From Bacteroidales bacterium (GTDB lineage: Bacteria > Bacteroidota > Bacteroidia > Bacteroidales > P3): a stretch of DNA of 64,000 bases. Positions 46,425 to 57,633 of the stretch are shown piece after piece (position 1 is the first letter of the stretch; the number at the start of each line of letters is the position of its first letter). Under the pieces are notes generated by a model that was given only the letters and a program-made list of their open reading frames with translations, was not told the origin of the DNA and did not search any database. The position numbers and the translations under genes were made by a program. The DNA is taken from contig JAFTFL010000008.1 of assembly GCA_017449525.1 (NCBI GenBank), positions 1,864 through 65,863 on the forward strand. Reading direction: 5' to 3'.

Positions 46425-47972
46425 TTACTTGGCGTAATTGATAGCACGTGTTTCTCGGATGACCGTAACCTTAATCTGTCCGGGGTAGGTCATTTCGTTC
46501 TGAATCTGACGCGACAAGTCGTAGCTGAGCTTGGTAGCTTCCACGTCATTAATCTTGTCGGCACCCACAATCACACGCAACTCGCGGCCGGCTTGAATGG
46601 CATAGGTCTTCACCACGCCAGGGTAGGTCATGGCCATCTCCTCCAACTTGTTCAGGCGGTTGATGTAGGCCTCAACCACCTCGCGTCTGGCACCAGGACG
46701 GGCACCGCTGATAGCATCGCACACCTGAATAATAGGAGCAATGAGGCTTGTCATCTCAACCTCATCGTGGTGAGCACCAATGGCGTTGCATACATCGGCA
46801 TGTTCCTTATACTTTTCGGCTAGTTTCATACCCAAAATAGCGTGTGGCAGCTCGGGCTCATTATCTGGCACCTTGCCTATGTCGTGCAACAAGCCAGCGC
46901 GCTTAGCCAGCTTCGGATTGAGTCCTAACTCTGAGGCCATAGTGGCCGCAAGATTTGCCACTTCGCGAGAGTGCTGTAGCAGATTTTGTCCATACGACGA
47001 GCGGAACTTCATCCGACCAACCATACGTGTCAACTCATGATGCATGTTGAGGATGCCCAAGTCGATGCAGGTTCGTTTGCCGACCTCAATAATCTCCTGC
47101 TCAATCTGTTTACGCGTCTTGGCTACCACTTCCTCGATACGAGCGGGGTGAATACGGCCGTCCGTAACCAACTTGTGGAGCGAAAGGCGTGCAATCTCAC
47201 GACGAATGGGGTCGAAACCTGACAGGATAATGGCATCGGGCGAATCGTCAATAATGACTTCTACGCCAGTGAGAGCCTCCAACGTTCTGATATTGCGACC
47301 TTCACGACCGATAATGCGACCCTTGACTTCCTCGTTCTCTAAATTAAAAACTGACACCGTATTCTCTATAGCATGCTCGGTAGCAGTGCGCTGAATGGAC
47401 TGGATTACAATCTTTTTTGCTTGCTCATTGGCTGTAATCTTAGCTTCCTCTACAATATCCATAATGCTACTTGAAGCCTCAGCCTTAGCCTCGTCCTTCA
47501 TCATCTCAATGAGCTGCCTTTTAGCCTCCTCAGCACTGAGATTGGCTATATGTTCCAACTTGTGTACACTTTCTTGATAGATTTTCTCAACCTCAGCCTG
47601 CCTCTTGTGCAATACCTCAATCTGGTTATTAAGATTTTCGCTGGCATTCTTGAGGTCATTATTCTTCTTCTGAAGTTCGGAAACTTGCTGGTTCAAACTT
47701 TGTTCGCGCTGTTTCAATTTGCGCTCTGCCCCTTGCATCTTGCTGTTGCGCTCTGCGATATCCTTATCACATTCGCCCTTCATTCGCATGCACTCCTCTT
47801 TGGCTTGGAGCACCTTCTCTTTTTTAATAACCTCGCCTCTCTCTTCTGCATCCTTCAATACCTGCTGGCTTTTAGCGAGCAATTTGTTCTTCAAAACTGA
47901 AGTGGCGAGCCATATACCGATGCCTCCACCAACCAATAGCGCAATAGCTGCAATAATAACTGATAGTAACAT
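46425..47972 (-). CDS. rny: Ribonuclease Y
   Basis: N-terminal TM helix, coiled coil, KH domain ([12 protein letters not shown]) and HD domain (HSREVA...LLHDIGK). Confidence 0.95.
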   Translation of the reverse strand: MLLSVIIAAIALLVGGGIGIWLATSVLKNKLLAKSQQVLKDAEERGEVIKKEKVLQAKEECMRMKGECDKDIAERNSKMQGAERKLKQREQSLNQQVSELQKKNNDLKNASENLNNQIEVLHKRQAEVEKIYQESVHKLEHIANLSAEEAKRQLIEMMKDEAKAEASSSIMDIVEEAKITANEQAKKIVIQSIQRTATEHAIENTVSVFNLENEEVKGRIIGREGRNIRTLEALTGVEVIIDDSPDAIILSGFDPIRREIARLSLHKLVTDGRIHPARIEEVVAKTRKQIEQEIIEVGKRTCIDLGILNMHHELTRMVGRMKFRSSYGQNLLQHSREVANLAATMASELGLNPKLAKRAGLLHDIGKVPDNEPELPHAILGMKLAEKYKEHADVCNAIGAHHDEVEMTSLIAPIIQVCDAISGARPGARREVVEAYINRLNKLEEMAMTYPGVVKTYAIQAGRELRVIVGADKINDVEATKLSYDLSRQIQNEMTYPGQIKVTVIRETRAINYAK

Positions 47973-48146
47973 GTGATTAGTTCATTTATGAGGAACTTGC
48001 CGATCAGACCAGACCATCTTACAAAACCTACACTCGACCCTCAAGAGTTGTGGTAAACTCTATCAAAATAGGATTTGAGTGCCGGGTGTCTCAATTATAC
48101 AATCTACCCACCCATGAGCTTAATCGGTCTGTAAATAATGTTGAGT

Positions 48147-48452
48147 TTACAAACTGTTTTGAGCCGGGTGTAGGTATGAGTCTAAGACCGAATCAATACT
48201 ATTTAGTTTATCTATTAACGTAGTATCCTTATATTTCAAGTTCGATTGTATCTTCAATAGCTCGGTAATTTTGCTGAGGGCAACCATACTGAGCAAGTCC
48301 TGGTTGTCATTGTAACTATAATGCTGTCCGTAAAGTTTTGCCTGCGCATTTATCATAATAGCAGCCTCACGCAAATGTTGCTCATCCTCACTACCAATTG
48401 TCAGCCGATAGTTGCGTCCTAAAATATTTACCGTAACAGCCTGTCCACTCAT
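48147..48452 (-). CDS. zapA: Cell division protein ZapA
   Basis: 101 aa with VNILGRNYRLTIGSEDEQHLREAA..IN. Confidence 0.85.
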   Translation of the reverse strand: MSGQAVTVNILGRNYRLTIGSEDEQHLREAAIMINAQAKLYGQHYSYNDNQDLLSMVALSKITELLKIQSNLKYKDTTLIDKLNSIDSVLDSYLHPAQNSL

Positions 48453-48467
48453 CTACTTTTACCTTTT

Positions 48468-48764
48468 TTACTCATGCCTATTCAGAAGATCAAGGCACTT
48501 GTCAATGCTACGAATCATCTGATTGATTCTAAGTTTTATCTCTGTTGAATCGCCCTTTTGAATCAGCGTGTTCCTCAGTTTTACAATATTGTTTTGTTCT
48601 TTTTCTCGATTATATTCTGATGTTTTATTTTTAAGTTCTTCCTGTAAATTCTCCTTTTCCTCTGTCAGTCGCCAAATCTGCTTCTTGAGTGAGATATTCT
48701 CATTGATGAGTTGTCTTACCTTGAACTCAACACCTGTCAGTATAGTTTCATAGTCAAGCATCAC
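48468..48764 (-). CDS. Coiled-coil protein upstream of zapA, function unknown
   Basis: 98 aa with heptad-like Glu/Lys/Leu composition. Conserved position directly upstream of zapA. Confidence 0.6.
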   Translation of the reverse strand: MMLDYETILTGVEFKVRQLINENISLKKQIWRLTEEKENLQEELKNKTSEYNREKEQNNIVKLRNTLIQKGDSTEIKLRINQMIRSIDKCLDLLNRHE

Positions 48765-48790
48765 AGCTCATCATCTATAACGTTCTACTG

Positions 48791-50002
48791 TTAATGGATA
48801 TGTAGTTCATGCCCCATTCTCTCCTGCTTGGTGCGCAAGTACTTCTCGTTGTACTTATTAGGTGCAATTTCAATGGGAATGGTCTCCACTATCTCAATGC
48901 CATAGCCACTGAGACCAGTGCGCTTCATCGGATTGTTCGTAATCAAGCGCATTTTATGCACACCCAAATTGCGTAGAATTTGAGCACCAATACCATACTC
49001 GCGTTCATCGGCTTTAAAACCGAGTTTGAGATTGGCATCTACCGTGTCAAATCCCTGCTCCTGCAGATGATAAGCACGCAACTTATTAACCAGACCGATA
49101 CCCCGACCCTCTTGGCTGAGGTATACCACCAATCCTTTTCCTTCCTCTTCTATCATCTGCATGGCTCGGTGCAATTGGTCTCCGCAATCACACTTACTGC
49201 TACCAAAAATGTCGCCTGTAGCGCAACTCGAGTGGACACGAACCATCAAAGGTTCATCCTCAGTCCACTCACCCTTTCTAAGCACCAAGTGAGTCGCTCC
49301 GTTGTCCAATTGTGTATATGCAATCAGGTTAAAGTTACCCCACTCCGTGGGCAGAAAAACCTCCTCTTCCTTTCTGATTAAAGTTTCGTGCGCTATACGA
49401 TAGGCAATCAAGTCCTTTATGGCGATAATGTGCATATTGAAACGCTTTGCTACCTCTTGCAACTGCGGCATTCTGGCCATTGTGCCATCCTCATTGATAA
49501 TCTCAATCAAGGCAGCACATGGCTTCATACCCGCCAAACGCGCCAAGTCAATAGCAGCCTCGGTATGGCCTGCTCGGACAAGGACACCTCCATCACGTGC
49601 TCGCAACGGGTTTACATGCCCAGGACGACCTAAATCATTTGGCTTCGTTTTCTCATCGGCCAGAGCATTTATTGTCATAGCACGGTCATGCATGGAGACC
49701 CCCGTAGTGCAACCATTACCCAGTAAATCTACCGTCACCGTAAATGGGGTTCCCAACAGGGACGTGTTGTCATGAACCTGCATATCGAGATTCAATTCAC
49801 GGCAACGGCTTTCCGTGATTGGTGCACAAAGCACACCACGCCCGTACTGCATCATGAAGTTCACTTTTTCAGGAGAAATCTTTTCTGCAGCAATGATAAA
49901 GTCCCCCTCATTTTCACGGTCTTCATCATCAACCACGATTACGAATTTTCCCTGCCGAAAGTCCTCAAGAGCCTCCTCTATACTATTCAATTTAAATTCC
50001 AT
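48791..50002 (-). CDS. ribBA: Bifunctional 3,4-dihydroxy-2-butanone-4-phosphate synthase / GTP cyclohydrolase II
   Basis: Contains [12 protein letters not shown] (RibB) and [24 protein letters not shown] (RibA). Confidence 0.95.
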   Translation of the reverse strand: MEFKLNSIEEALEDFRQGKFVIVVDDEDRENEGDFIIAAEKISPEKVNFMMQYGRGVLCAPITESRCRELNLDMQVHDNTSLLGTPFTVTVDLLGNGCTTGVSMHDRAMTINALADEKTKPNDLGRPGHVNPLRARDGGVLVRAGHTEAAIDLARLAGMKPCAALIEIINEDGTMARMPQLQEVAKRFNMHIIAIKDLIAYRIAHETLIRKEEEVFLPTEWGNFNLIAYTQLDNGATHLVLRKGEWTEDEPLMVRVHSSCATGDIFGSSKCDCGDQLHRAMQMIEEEGKGLVVYLSQEGRGIGLVNKLRAYHLQEQGFDTVDANLKLGFKADEREYGIGAQILRNLGVHKMRLITNNPMKRTGLSGYGIEIVETIPIEIAPNKYNEKYLRTKQERMGHELHIH

Positions 50003-50073
50003 ATATAGTTAATCAGAACATGTGGGTATTCCACACGACTTTGCAAAATTACGAAAAAGTCTTGTCTCCTCCT

Positions 50074-52293
50074 TTATAATCCATAATTGGACATGAGTTT
50101 TATTCTCATCAACCGGATTTCTTCCTCCGTGTATTCGGGTAAATCGCAGAAATCGTTTAGGGCATCCTCTACTGCTCCGCTCTCAGAATCCTTCCAGTAG
50201 TCCATCAGTTCATCCTGATGGTCTTCTTCTATCACTTCGTCTATGTAGTAATCTATGTCAAGGTGAGTTCCAGAGCTTATAATTCTCTCAATACTGCTCA
50301 GAAGATCCTTCATATCAATACCTAAGCCTCGTGCAATGTCATCAAGCGACTTCTTTTGATCCACAGCACGTATAATTTGAAAGAGTCCCTCCACCCCTTT
50401 GTTTCCAGTGCTGTGTAGAACGATATCCTGAGGACGTTCTATTTCATTCTCCTCCACGTACCTTTTTATAAGAGACACAAAGGGGGCACCGTACTTCTGC
50501 GCTTTTCCTATACCAACGCCCGTGCAGTGCGATAGTTCCTCGATAGTGCAGGGATACTGTATAGTCATATCCTTTAATGACCTGTCTTCAAAAATGACGT
50601 AGAGGGGAAGATGTTCCTTGTTTGCAATGTCCTTCAGCAGCATTTTGAGTTGAGCAAAAAGCTGCTCGTCCCCAGCCGCACTGCCTCCGCCTCCTGTTTC
50701 CAACTCGTCATTGTCATCTGACGATGTACCAGTATAATCGTGGTCGCATGCAATGACTAAAGAGTAGGGCTCCTTAATATAGTTTTGTCCTTCCTGCGTC
50801 AGTTTCAATACTCCGAACTGCTCAACATCTTTGGAAAGAAACTTCTCGAAAACAGCCTGCCTAATGACGGCTTTCCAAAATAGTTCATCATGGTCGGAGC
50901 CTTGTCCATACTGGCGGAGTTGGTCGTGATGGTAGGCCTTGGTGTGTGCATTCACCCTACCCATTAGGACATCCACAATCTCTCTCGCTTTGAATGCTTG
51001 CTTGGTTTCCACCACAGTTTCAAGTGCCAATTGCATTTCCTCTTTGATGGATACTCTGGGTTTGGGGTGCAAACAGTTGTCGCAATTCCCACAGTTGTCC
51101 TCATGGTATTCTTCACCGAAATACTTCAAGATATTCATTCGTCTACACATGGCCGACTCGGCATACGACACCATTTCGCCTACCAACTGGTTGGCCATCT
51201 CCTGTTCTGCCACATTCTTGTCCGAGAAAAACTTATACAGTTTTTCGACATCGTTTTCTGAATAGAAAGCGATACACTTACCCTCACCTCCGTCGCGTCC
51301 AGCACGACCCGTTTCTTGATAATATCCTTCGAGGCTTTTAGGTATGTCGTAATGAATGACAAAGCGTACGTCTGGCTTATCGATGCCCATGCCGAAAGCT
51401 ATTGTGGCTACGATGACATCCACGTCTTCCATCAGAAAACGATCTTGGTTTTCGGCTCGAACTTTGTTGTCCAAGCCTGCGTGATACGGCAAGGCTTTGA
51501 TTCCGTTTATTCTCAAGAGCTCGGATAGAGATTCCACACGTCGGCGTGTGAGGCAATAGATAATTCCGCTTTTACCTGCATTGTTGCGAATGAACCTTAC
51601 TATCTCTTTATGAAGAAGCGTAGTATCAGCAGGCTTGGGACGCACTTCATAATAGAGGTTGGGGCGGTTGAATGACGAGACAAACTTTCTCGCCTGTTCC
51701 ATTCCTAAGTTCTTAATGATATCCTGCTGTACCTTGGGAGTAGCTGATGCCGTCAGAGTCAATATGGGGACTGCGGCTCCGATGGAGGATATCGCCCCAC
51801 GTAGTCTCCTGTATTCTGGACGAAAATCGTGCCCCCATTCCGATATGCAATGAGCCTCATCAATGGCGAAGAACGATATAGGGATGCTACGCAAGAAACT
51901 TACGGTCTCGGATTTTGAGAGCGTCTCAGGTGCGACATACAGGAGCTTCGTCTCACCACGAATGAGGTCTTCTTTGACCTCTACCACTTGTTGCTTAGTG
52001 AGCGACGAGTTCAAGAAATGGGCTACCCGTTCCCGTCCTGCATTGTAGCGCACTGCATCCACTTGATTCTTCATCAGTGCTATCAAGGGCGAGACCACCA
52101 CCGCCGTACCCTTCATCAGCATGGCCGGCAACTGATAGCAAAGCGACTTGCCTCCTCCTGTTGGCATGATGACGAACGTATCATTTCCATCAAGAACACT
52201 TTGGATTATCTGCTCTTGCTCGCCTTTGAATGCGCTGAATCCAAATATCTCCTTCAGTTTTTTCGATAAGTTGATGTCGCTCATTTTTTCCAA
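50074..52293 (-). CDS. recQ: ATP-dependent DNA helicase RecQ
   Basis: Contains PTGGGKSLCYQLPA and FAIDEAHCISEWGHDFRPEY, a zinc-binding CGNCDNC and a C-terminal HRDC region. Confidence 0.95.
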   Translation of the reverse strand: MEKMSDINLSKKLKEIFGFSAFKGEQEQIIQSVLDGNDTFVIMPTGGGKSLCYQLPAMLMKGTAVVVSPLIALMKNQVDAVRYNAGRERVAHFLNSSLTKQQVVEVKEDLIRGETKLLYVAPETLSKSETVSFLRSIPISFFAIDEAHCISEWGHDFRPEYRRLRGAISSIGAAVPILTLTASATPKVQQDIIKNLGMEQARKFVSSFNRPNLYYEVRPKPADTTLLHKEIVRFIRNNAGKSGIIYCLTRRRVESLSELLRINGIKALPYHAGLDNKVRAENQDRFLMEDVDVIVATIAFGMGIDKPDVRFVIHYDIPKSLEGYYQETGRAGRDGGEGKCIAFYSENDVEKLYKFFSDKNVAEQEMANQLVGEMVSYAESAMCRRMNILKYFGEEYHEDNCGNCDNCLHPKPRVSIKEEMQLALETVVETKQAFKAREIVDVLMGRVNAHTKAYHHDQLRQYGQGSDHDELFWKAVIRQAVFEKFLSKDVEQFGVLKLTQEGQNYIKEPYSLVIACDHDYTGTSSDDNDELETGGGGSAAGDEQLFAQLKMLLKDIANKEHLPLYVIFEDRSLKDMTIQYPCTIEELSHCTGVGIGKAQKYGAPFVSLIKRYVEENEIERPQDIVLHSTGNKGVEGLFQIIRAVDQKKSLDDIARGLGIDMKDLLSSIERIISSGTHLDIDYYIDEVIEEDHQDELMDYWKDSESGAVEDALNDFCDLPEYTEEEIRLMRIKLMSNYGL

Positions 52294-52397
52294 TGTTCAT
52301 AATTTAAGTGTCGCCACTCCGTTATCCTTCGCGTTTTGAAGTGTTGCCATGCAGGCTCTTGCTGTGAGGTAACGTCGTAGTGGCATCATTCACAACA

Positions 52398-52405
52398 CAA
52401 AAGTA
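52398..52405 (-). promoter_or_regulatory. -7 promoter box (TACTTTTG on the minus strand) for recQ
   Basis: The plus strand reads CAAAAGTA, ~105 nt upstream of the ATG at 52293. Confidence 0.5.
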
Positions 52406-52440
52406 CAAAAAAAAGGATAACTAACAAAATAATTCTTGCT

Positions 52441-53469
52441 TTGAAGACGGAACGCGAAATTAAAAATATTGCACTACAAGTTATTGAAGACGAGAAGAAG
52501 GCAATAGCAGGCTTGGCCTCGCACATTGACGGTGGCTTTGCTAGTGCTGTACAAACTATCTTTTTGAGTAGCGGACGGGTTATTATCACGGGCATTGGAA
52601 AGAGTGCTAATATCGCTGCCAAGATTGTTTCGACCCTCAATTCAACGGGCACTCCTGCGCTGTTCATGCATGCTGCCGATGCTATACATGGCGATTTAGG
52701 AATGGTTCAGAAGGAAGATGTGGTAGTGTGCGTGTCGAAGAGTGGAAATACACCTGAAATCAAGGTACTTATTCCCTTGCTGAAAGGGTTTGGCAATAAG
52801 CTGATTGCCATTGTGGGGAATACCCAATCCTATTTGGCTTCCCATGCCGATATTGTGCTGGATGTTACTGTTGAGCATGAGGCATGTCCGAACAATCTGG
52901 CACCGACGAGCAGCACTACTGCGCAGTTAGTGATGGGCGATGCATTGGCTGTGGCTCTGCTCGAATGTCGTAACTTTACAGCCCACGATTTCGCCCGCTT
53001 CCATCCTGGCGGTGCGTTGGGGAAACAGCTCTATATGAGGGTCAAGGATCTATATCTACAAAATGAGGTACCGCAGGTGTCGCCCGGTGCGTCAATTGCC
53101 GATACTCTGATTGAGATGACATCGCGCCGCCTCGGATGCGTGGTAGTTACCGACGGTCACCCCGTGGACAATGCGAACTCAAATGTGGGTGAAACGGCGA
53201 CATCTGCGGTCGCACGTGGACGTATCCTCGGTATCATTACCGACGGCGACCTACGTCGCATGATGAAGCATCACAGCGATTTCTCCTTACTTCACGCCGG
53301 CGATATCATGACCCCTCAGCCTAAGATGATTTTGGAGTCAGAGTACGCAGTGAAAGCTCTGGAACTGATGCGAACCCATTCGATTACGCAGCTGGTGGTG
53401 GTCGACCTCGACTATCACTATCTCGGCGTGGTACACCTACACGATATTCTGCGCGAGGGCATCCTGTAA
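52441..53469 (+). CDS. kpsF: KpsF/GutQ family arabinose-5-phosphate isomerase (SIS plus tandem CBS domains)
   Basis: Contains GRVIITGIGKSANIAAKIVSTLNSTGTPA. CBS pair at the C-terminus. The track start is a TTG and there is no in-frame ATG nearby, so the start is uncertain. Confidence 0.85.
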   Translation: MKTEREIKNIALQVIEDEKKAIAGLASHIDGGFASAVQTIFLSSGRVIITGIGKSANIAAKIVSTLNSTGTPALFMHAADAIHGDLGMVQKEDVVVCVSKSGNTPEIKVLIPLLKGFGNKLIAIVGNTQSYLASHADIVLDVTVEHEACPNNLAPTSSTTAQLVMGDALAVALLECRNFTAHDFARFHPGGALGKQLYMRVKDLYLQNEVPQVSPGASIADTLIEMTSRRLGCVVVTDGHPVDNANSNVGETATSAVARGRILGIITDGDLRRMMKHHSDFSLLHAGDIMTPQPKMILESEYAVKALELMRTHSITQLVVVDLDYHYLGVVHLHDILREGIL

Positions 53470-53518
53470 ATATTTGCTCAACGTTCCTCATATCTCAACC
53501 TTAATATACGTTGCATCC

Positions 53519-54301
53519 ATGGAACTTCGAACCGATAATGTGGTCAAGAAATATCGCAGTCGCACCGTTGTCAATCAGGTCTCAGTGCGGGTGCGTCAAG
53601 GAGAGATAGTAGGCCTGCTGGGACCCAATGGGGCTGGTAAGACCACCACTTTCTATATGATTGTGGGTATCATCAAACCGTATGCTGGCCGCGTGTTTCT
53701 CGACGACACCGAGATTACCTCCACGCCGATGTATCGCCGCGCCCAATTAGGTGTGGGCTACTTAGCGCAAGAAGCATCGGTGTTCCGCCAGATGACGGTG
53801 GAAAACAACATCAGTTCCATTCTTGAGTTCCGTCGAGACCTCAATGCTTCGCAACGGCAGGAGAAGTTGGAGGCGCTACTCGACGAGTTCGGGCTACAGA
53901 AAATCCGCAAAAGCAAAGGTATACAACTCTCTGGTGGCGAGCGTCGACGCACCGAGATCGCTCGGGCTTTGGCCAACGATCCCCACTTCCTACTGCTTGA
54001 CGAGCCTTTTGCTGGGGTCGACCCCATTGCGGTGCAGGATATTCAGGACATCGTAGCTCATCTCAAAGAGAAGAACATAGGCATTCTCATTACGGACCAC
54101 AATGTGAACGAGACGTTGCGCATTACCGACTGGGCCTACCTGCTCTACGATGGTACAGTGCAGATGAGTGATACTCCAGAGAATCTGGCCACCAATCCTC
54201 GTGCCCGCGAACTGTATTTGGGGCGCGACTTTGTGTGGTACGGCAAGAAGCAAACGCAGAAACTTTCCTCGGTGTCCAATTTAGAGGATACCCAATCTTG
54301 A
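53519..54301 (+). CDS. lptB: LPS export ABC transporter ATP-binding protein
   Basis: Start set at MELRTDNVVKKY. Walker A GPNGAGKTT, signature LSGGERRR and Walker B LLLDEPF. Confidence 0.9.
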   Translation: MELRTDNVVKKYRSRTVVNQVSVRVRQGEIVGLLGPNGAGKTTTFYMIVGIIKPYAGRVFLDDTEITSTPMYRRAQLGVGYLAQEASVFRQMTVENNISSILEFRRDLNASQRQEKLEALLDEFGLQKIRKSKGIQLSGGERRRTEIARALANDPHFLLLDEPFAGVDPIAVQDIQDIVAHLKEKNIGILITDHNVNETLRITDWAYLLYDGTVQMSDTPENLATNPRARELYLGRDFVWYGKKQTQKLSSVSNLEDTQS

Positions 54302-55074
54302 TGGGTGCTGACGGCCTTATTCCTACCGATTTTTATAGCCCGAACACTACCAATGCCGCTATGAGTTGGCGGCCAGTGGTGGTGGTGGCGGGGGCGTTAC
54401 CGCCTGCGATGGCTGAGCGGCTGCAGCGTGCGGCCTCGTGGGTAGAGATGCCTGCAGTACAGGCAATACCTGCGCCGCTGAGGCAACATGCCGACCTATT
54501 CCTGTTTCAGCACAAGGGCGTTTTCGTGGTGGCACCCAATACGCCACGTTCGGTGGTTGAGGTGCTGCTTGCCCAAGGGGCAGAGGTGGTAGTGGGGCGC
54601 ACTCTGGTGAATGCCACAACGGGGTCAATGGGGGCTTATAACGTGGCGGTGGGCGACGATGTAGCGTTGTGTAATCCGCGTTGGGTGGATCCAGTGGTGC
54701 GCGAGGTACTGGGGGCGATGCCGATAGTGGCGGTGCGTCAGCCTTTGTGCCGCTGCGGAGCTTTGGTGCTGAGTAGCCGCTGCATCCTCACTTCTGATGG
54801 GGGCATTGCCCGAATGTTGCGTCGCGAGGGGATGGAGGTCCGGTTGGTGGAGGCAGGCAAAATTGTGCTAACAGGCTACCGTAGTGGCTGCTTGGGCGGC
54901 TGCTGCGGCGTGGCGTCGGTTGGTGGTAGGCGAGTGGTGCTGACTACTGGACGCATCAACTTGCTGACGGGTGGTTCCGAAGCGTTGGCACTGCTTCGGC
55001 GCGAGGAAGTGCGAGTGTGGGCGCTGGGTGGTGGGTGGCCAGTGGACGTGGGCAGCCTGTTTGTGGTTGGCTGA
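54301..55074 (+). CDS. Conserved hypothetical protein (Ala/Val/Gly-rich), function unknown
   Basis: Long ORF whose ATG overlaps the lptB stop (TGATG). An alternative start lies at 54361. I recognise no motif with confidence. Confidence 0.55.
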   Translation: MGADGLIPTDFYSPNTTNAAMSWRPVVVVAGALPPAMAERLQRAASWVEMPAVQAIPAPLRQHADLFLFQHKGVFVVAPNTPRSVVEVLLAQGAEVVVGRTLVNATTGSMGAYNVAVGDDVALCNPRWVDPVVREVLGAMPIVAVRQPLCRCGALVLSSRCILTSDGGIARMLRREGMEVRLVEAGKIVLTGYRSGCLGGCCGVASVGGRRVVLTTGRINLLTGGSEALALLRREEVRVWALGGGWPVDVGSLFVVG

Positions 55075-55104
55075 TATGTACAATGTATATTTATACATAT
55101 TCGG

Positions 55105-55137
55105 TGTGCTGACCAAGCCTTGTGGTTCGGTCAGCAC
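55105..55137. terminator. Bidirectional hairpin between convergent genes
   Basis: 9-bp stem GTGCTGACC / GGTCAGCAC. Confidence 0.5.
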
Positions 55138-55289
55138 TCCTTCTATATGGTAATTATGAGTAAAAATCTTGATGGGTGGCCGTTTCCTCGGTGTGGGGGA
55201 ACTCCGCGTCGTTCCTCCTGCTTTACCTCATTTCCGTTCGGTTTTGGGGCAGACTTGGGTTGCCTTTCCACTGTGGGCAGCAAGTGAGT

Positions 55290-56780
55290 TTAGCGCAACT
55301 CCCAGGTGGTACCATCTTTGCCGTCCTTGACGGCGATGCCAAGGGCGTTAAGGCTATCGCGTATATTGTCGCTGGTACTCCAGTCTTTGTTGGCTTTCGA
55401 TACGGCGCGCAGGTCAAGTACTATTTGCATCAGTCCGTCCACAAGTTGGGCGCCTGCTCCGCTCTGTTCGGGTTGCATGCCGAGGATGGAGAATAGGAAG
55501 AGGTCGAAGAGTGAGCGTAGTTCCGATAGGTCGGTGGCGGTGAGTTGCGCTTTGTGGGCGGCGGCGGCGTTGATTAGGTGGGCGGCATCGAAGAGGTGGC
55601 TGATGACGATGGGGGTGTTGAAGTCGTCGTTCATAGCGTCGTAGCAGAGAGTGCGATAGCGTGCCACGTTGGCCGACGTAGTAGTGGCGGGTGCAAGGGT
55701 GTCTAGGGTGCGGTAGGCCTGGAGCAACTTAGCGGCGCCTTTTTCGGCGGCCTGCAGGGCGGCGTTAGAGAAGTCAACAGTGCTACGGTAGTGGGCTTGC
55801 AGGATGAAGAAGCGGATGGTCATCGGGCTGTAGGGCTGGGAAAGCATTTCCTCACCAGTGTCGGGATGGCGGTGAGAGCCAGCAAAGAACTCGTCAAGAG
55901 TGATGAAGTTGCCGAGGCTTTTGCCCATCTTTTGGCCGTTGATGGTAATCATGTTGTTGTGCATCCAGTAACGGCAAGGATCATGGCCTGTGGCGGCGCA
56001 TTGCTGGGCTATTTCGCTCTCGTGGTGGGGGAAGATGAGGTCCATGCCTCCGCCGTGGATGTCGAAGGTTTCGCCGAGGTATTTGGTGCCCATGGCGGTG
56101 CATTCGGTATGCCATCCGGGGAAGCCTTCGCTCCAGGGTGAGGGCCAACGCATGATGTGCTCAGGAGCGGCCTTCTTCCACAGAGCAAAGTCGGCTGGGT
56201 CGTGCTTCTCCTGTTGGCCGTCGAGCTGGCGGGTGGTGGAGAGCATCTCGTCTATTACTCTTCCGCTGAGGCAGCCGTAGCTATGAGTGTCGGCCTGATA
56301 TTTGCGCACGTCGAAGTAGACCGAGCCCTCGCTGACGTAGGCATAGCCAGCGTCGAGGATGCGCTGCACGAGGGCAATCTGCTCCATAATGTGGCCCGAA
56401 GCGTGGGGTTCAATGCTGGGGGGCAGCACACCGAGGCGCGCCATAGCGTCGTGGTAGCGATTGGTGTAGTATTGCGCTACCTCCATGGGCTCCAACTGCT
56501 CCAAGCGAGCTTTCTTGGCTATCTTGTCTTCGCCCTCGTCGGCATCGTGTTCTAGGTGGCCCACGTCGGTAATGTTGCGCACATAGCGCACCTTATAGCC
56601 GAGGTGCTGTAGGTAGCGAAATACCACGTCGAACGTGATGGCAGGGCGCGCATGGCCCAAATGGGCATCTCCGTAGACTGTAGGGCCACACACGTACATG
56701 CCTACATTGGGGGCATGCTGCGGCACAAAAAGTTCCTTCTGACGGCTGAGCGTGTTGTAGATAAGCAGTTGCTGTTCCAT
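55290..56780 (-). CDS. cysS: Cysteine--tRNA ligase
   Basis: Start set at [13 protein letters not shown]. Contains [15 protein letters not shown] (HIGH) and KMGKSLGN (KMSKS). Confidence 0.95.
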   Translation of the reverse strand: MEQQLLIYNTLSRQKELFVPQHAPNVGMYVCGPTVYGDAHLGHARPAITFDVVFRYLQHLGYKVRYVRNITDVGHLEHDADEGEDKIAKKARLEQLEPMEVAQYYTNRYHDAMARLGVLPPSIEPHASGHIMEQIALVQRILDAGYAYVSEGSVYFDVRKYQADTHSYGCLSGRVIDEMLSTTRQLDGQQEKHDPADFALWKKAAPEHIMRWPSPWSEGFPGWHTECTAMGTKYLGETFDIHGGGMDLIFPHHESEIAQQCAATGHDPCRYWMHNNMITINGQKMGKSLGNFITLDEFFAGSHRHPDTGEEMLSQPYSPMTIRFFILQAHYRSTVDFSNAALQAAEKGAAKLLQAYRTLDTLAPATTTSANVARYRTLCYDAMNDDFNTPIVISHLFDAAHLINAAAAHKAQLTATDLSELRSLFDLFLFSILGMQPEQSGAGAQLVDGLMQIVLDLRAVSKANKDWSTSDNIRDSLNALGIAVKDGKDGTTWELR

Positions 56781-56887
56781 TATGTCAGGTTTATACACTT
56801 CAACAAAGCAGGTTACAATACAATCTTTCTTCTTACTTATTGCAATCCAACCCCTTTTATCGAAAGGTCGGCGGCCGATTGCGAAAC

Positions 56888-56895
56888 CAAAGTTA
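56888..56895 (-). promoter_or_regulatory. -7 promoter box (TAACTTTG on the minus strand) for cysS
   Basis: The plus strand reads CAAAGTTA, 108 nt upstream of the ATG at 56780. Confidence 0.5.
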
Positions 56896-57217
56896 CGACA
56901 ATTTTCTCGTACGCCCCACACAGCCCTGCGAACATCTCCCCCTCAGGAAGCCGATGTCCCCATTATCACTCTAATCCCAAAAGTCCTCAAGGACATTAAT
57001 ATTTTAATATTCATCACTTCAAATCCTTGTAGAGAGGCCGTGCAGTGGCTTCTTTTTCTCTTTTATTCATCAGAACATATTGTAATTAGAAAATAATCTG
57101 TATACTTGCATAAACTATGACTGTTCAATATTCATGTATTTGCTGTAATACTTGAGAAATTAAGTAATTAACTCCAAAATATATTGTCAAGAGGCACCTC
57201 AATATAGTATTTGTGTC

Positions 57218-57633
57218 ATGTTTTGTAAGTATCTTTTGTTGTGTGTAGGATGTGCAAAAGACGAACAGGTTCAACCGAATCCCCAAAATGAAATAATAGT
57301 GAAGAAACAGCCAAATGGGAAGTGAAGGTTGCAAGGATAATCAATTCAGAAGTCCAGAATGTATTTGGAAATACACGGACTGTAATATGGACTGTTGAGA
57401 TAGGGACAAAAACAGTCAAGAATGATCTTACACCGACAGGAGCTATTGGCGAAGAGTACCATTTCCGTGGCACCTTTGCAATAACTTCTACCCCCAATGT
57501 GCCTATCAATAGTGAGGATTCAGATGATGGACCCACCTATGTATGGGCGGACTCCAGTTTAGATGGGGCGAGGAAGATTCAAATTTCCCTTCGATTCACT
57601 GGAACTCATGGTCTTTCCCCTTACGCTCATTGA
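57218..57633 (+). pseudogene. Frameshifted small lipoprotein gene in an AT-rich islet
   Basis: The ATG at 57218 gives MFCKYLLLCVGCAKDEQ... (lipobox), which stops at 57323. The reading frame continues in the -1 frame as the 57322-57633 ORF, which has no ATG of its own. Confidence 0.5.

Noticed and set aside
50003-50073. FMN riboswitch upstream of ribBA
   Set aside because: Only 71 nt separate the recQ stop from the ribBA start, which is too short for the aptamer. No FMN-element core sequence is visible.
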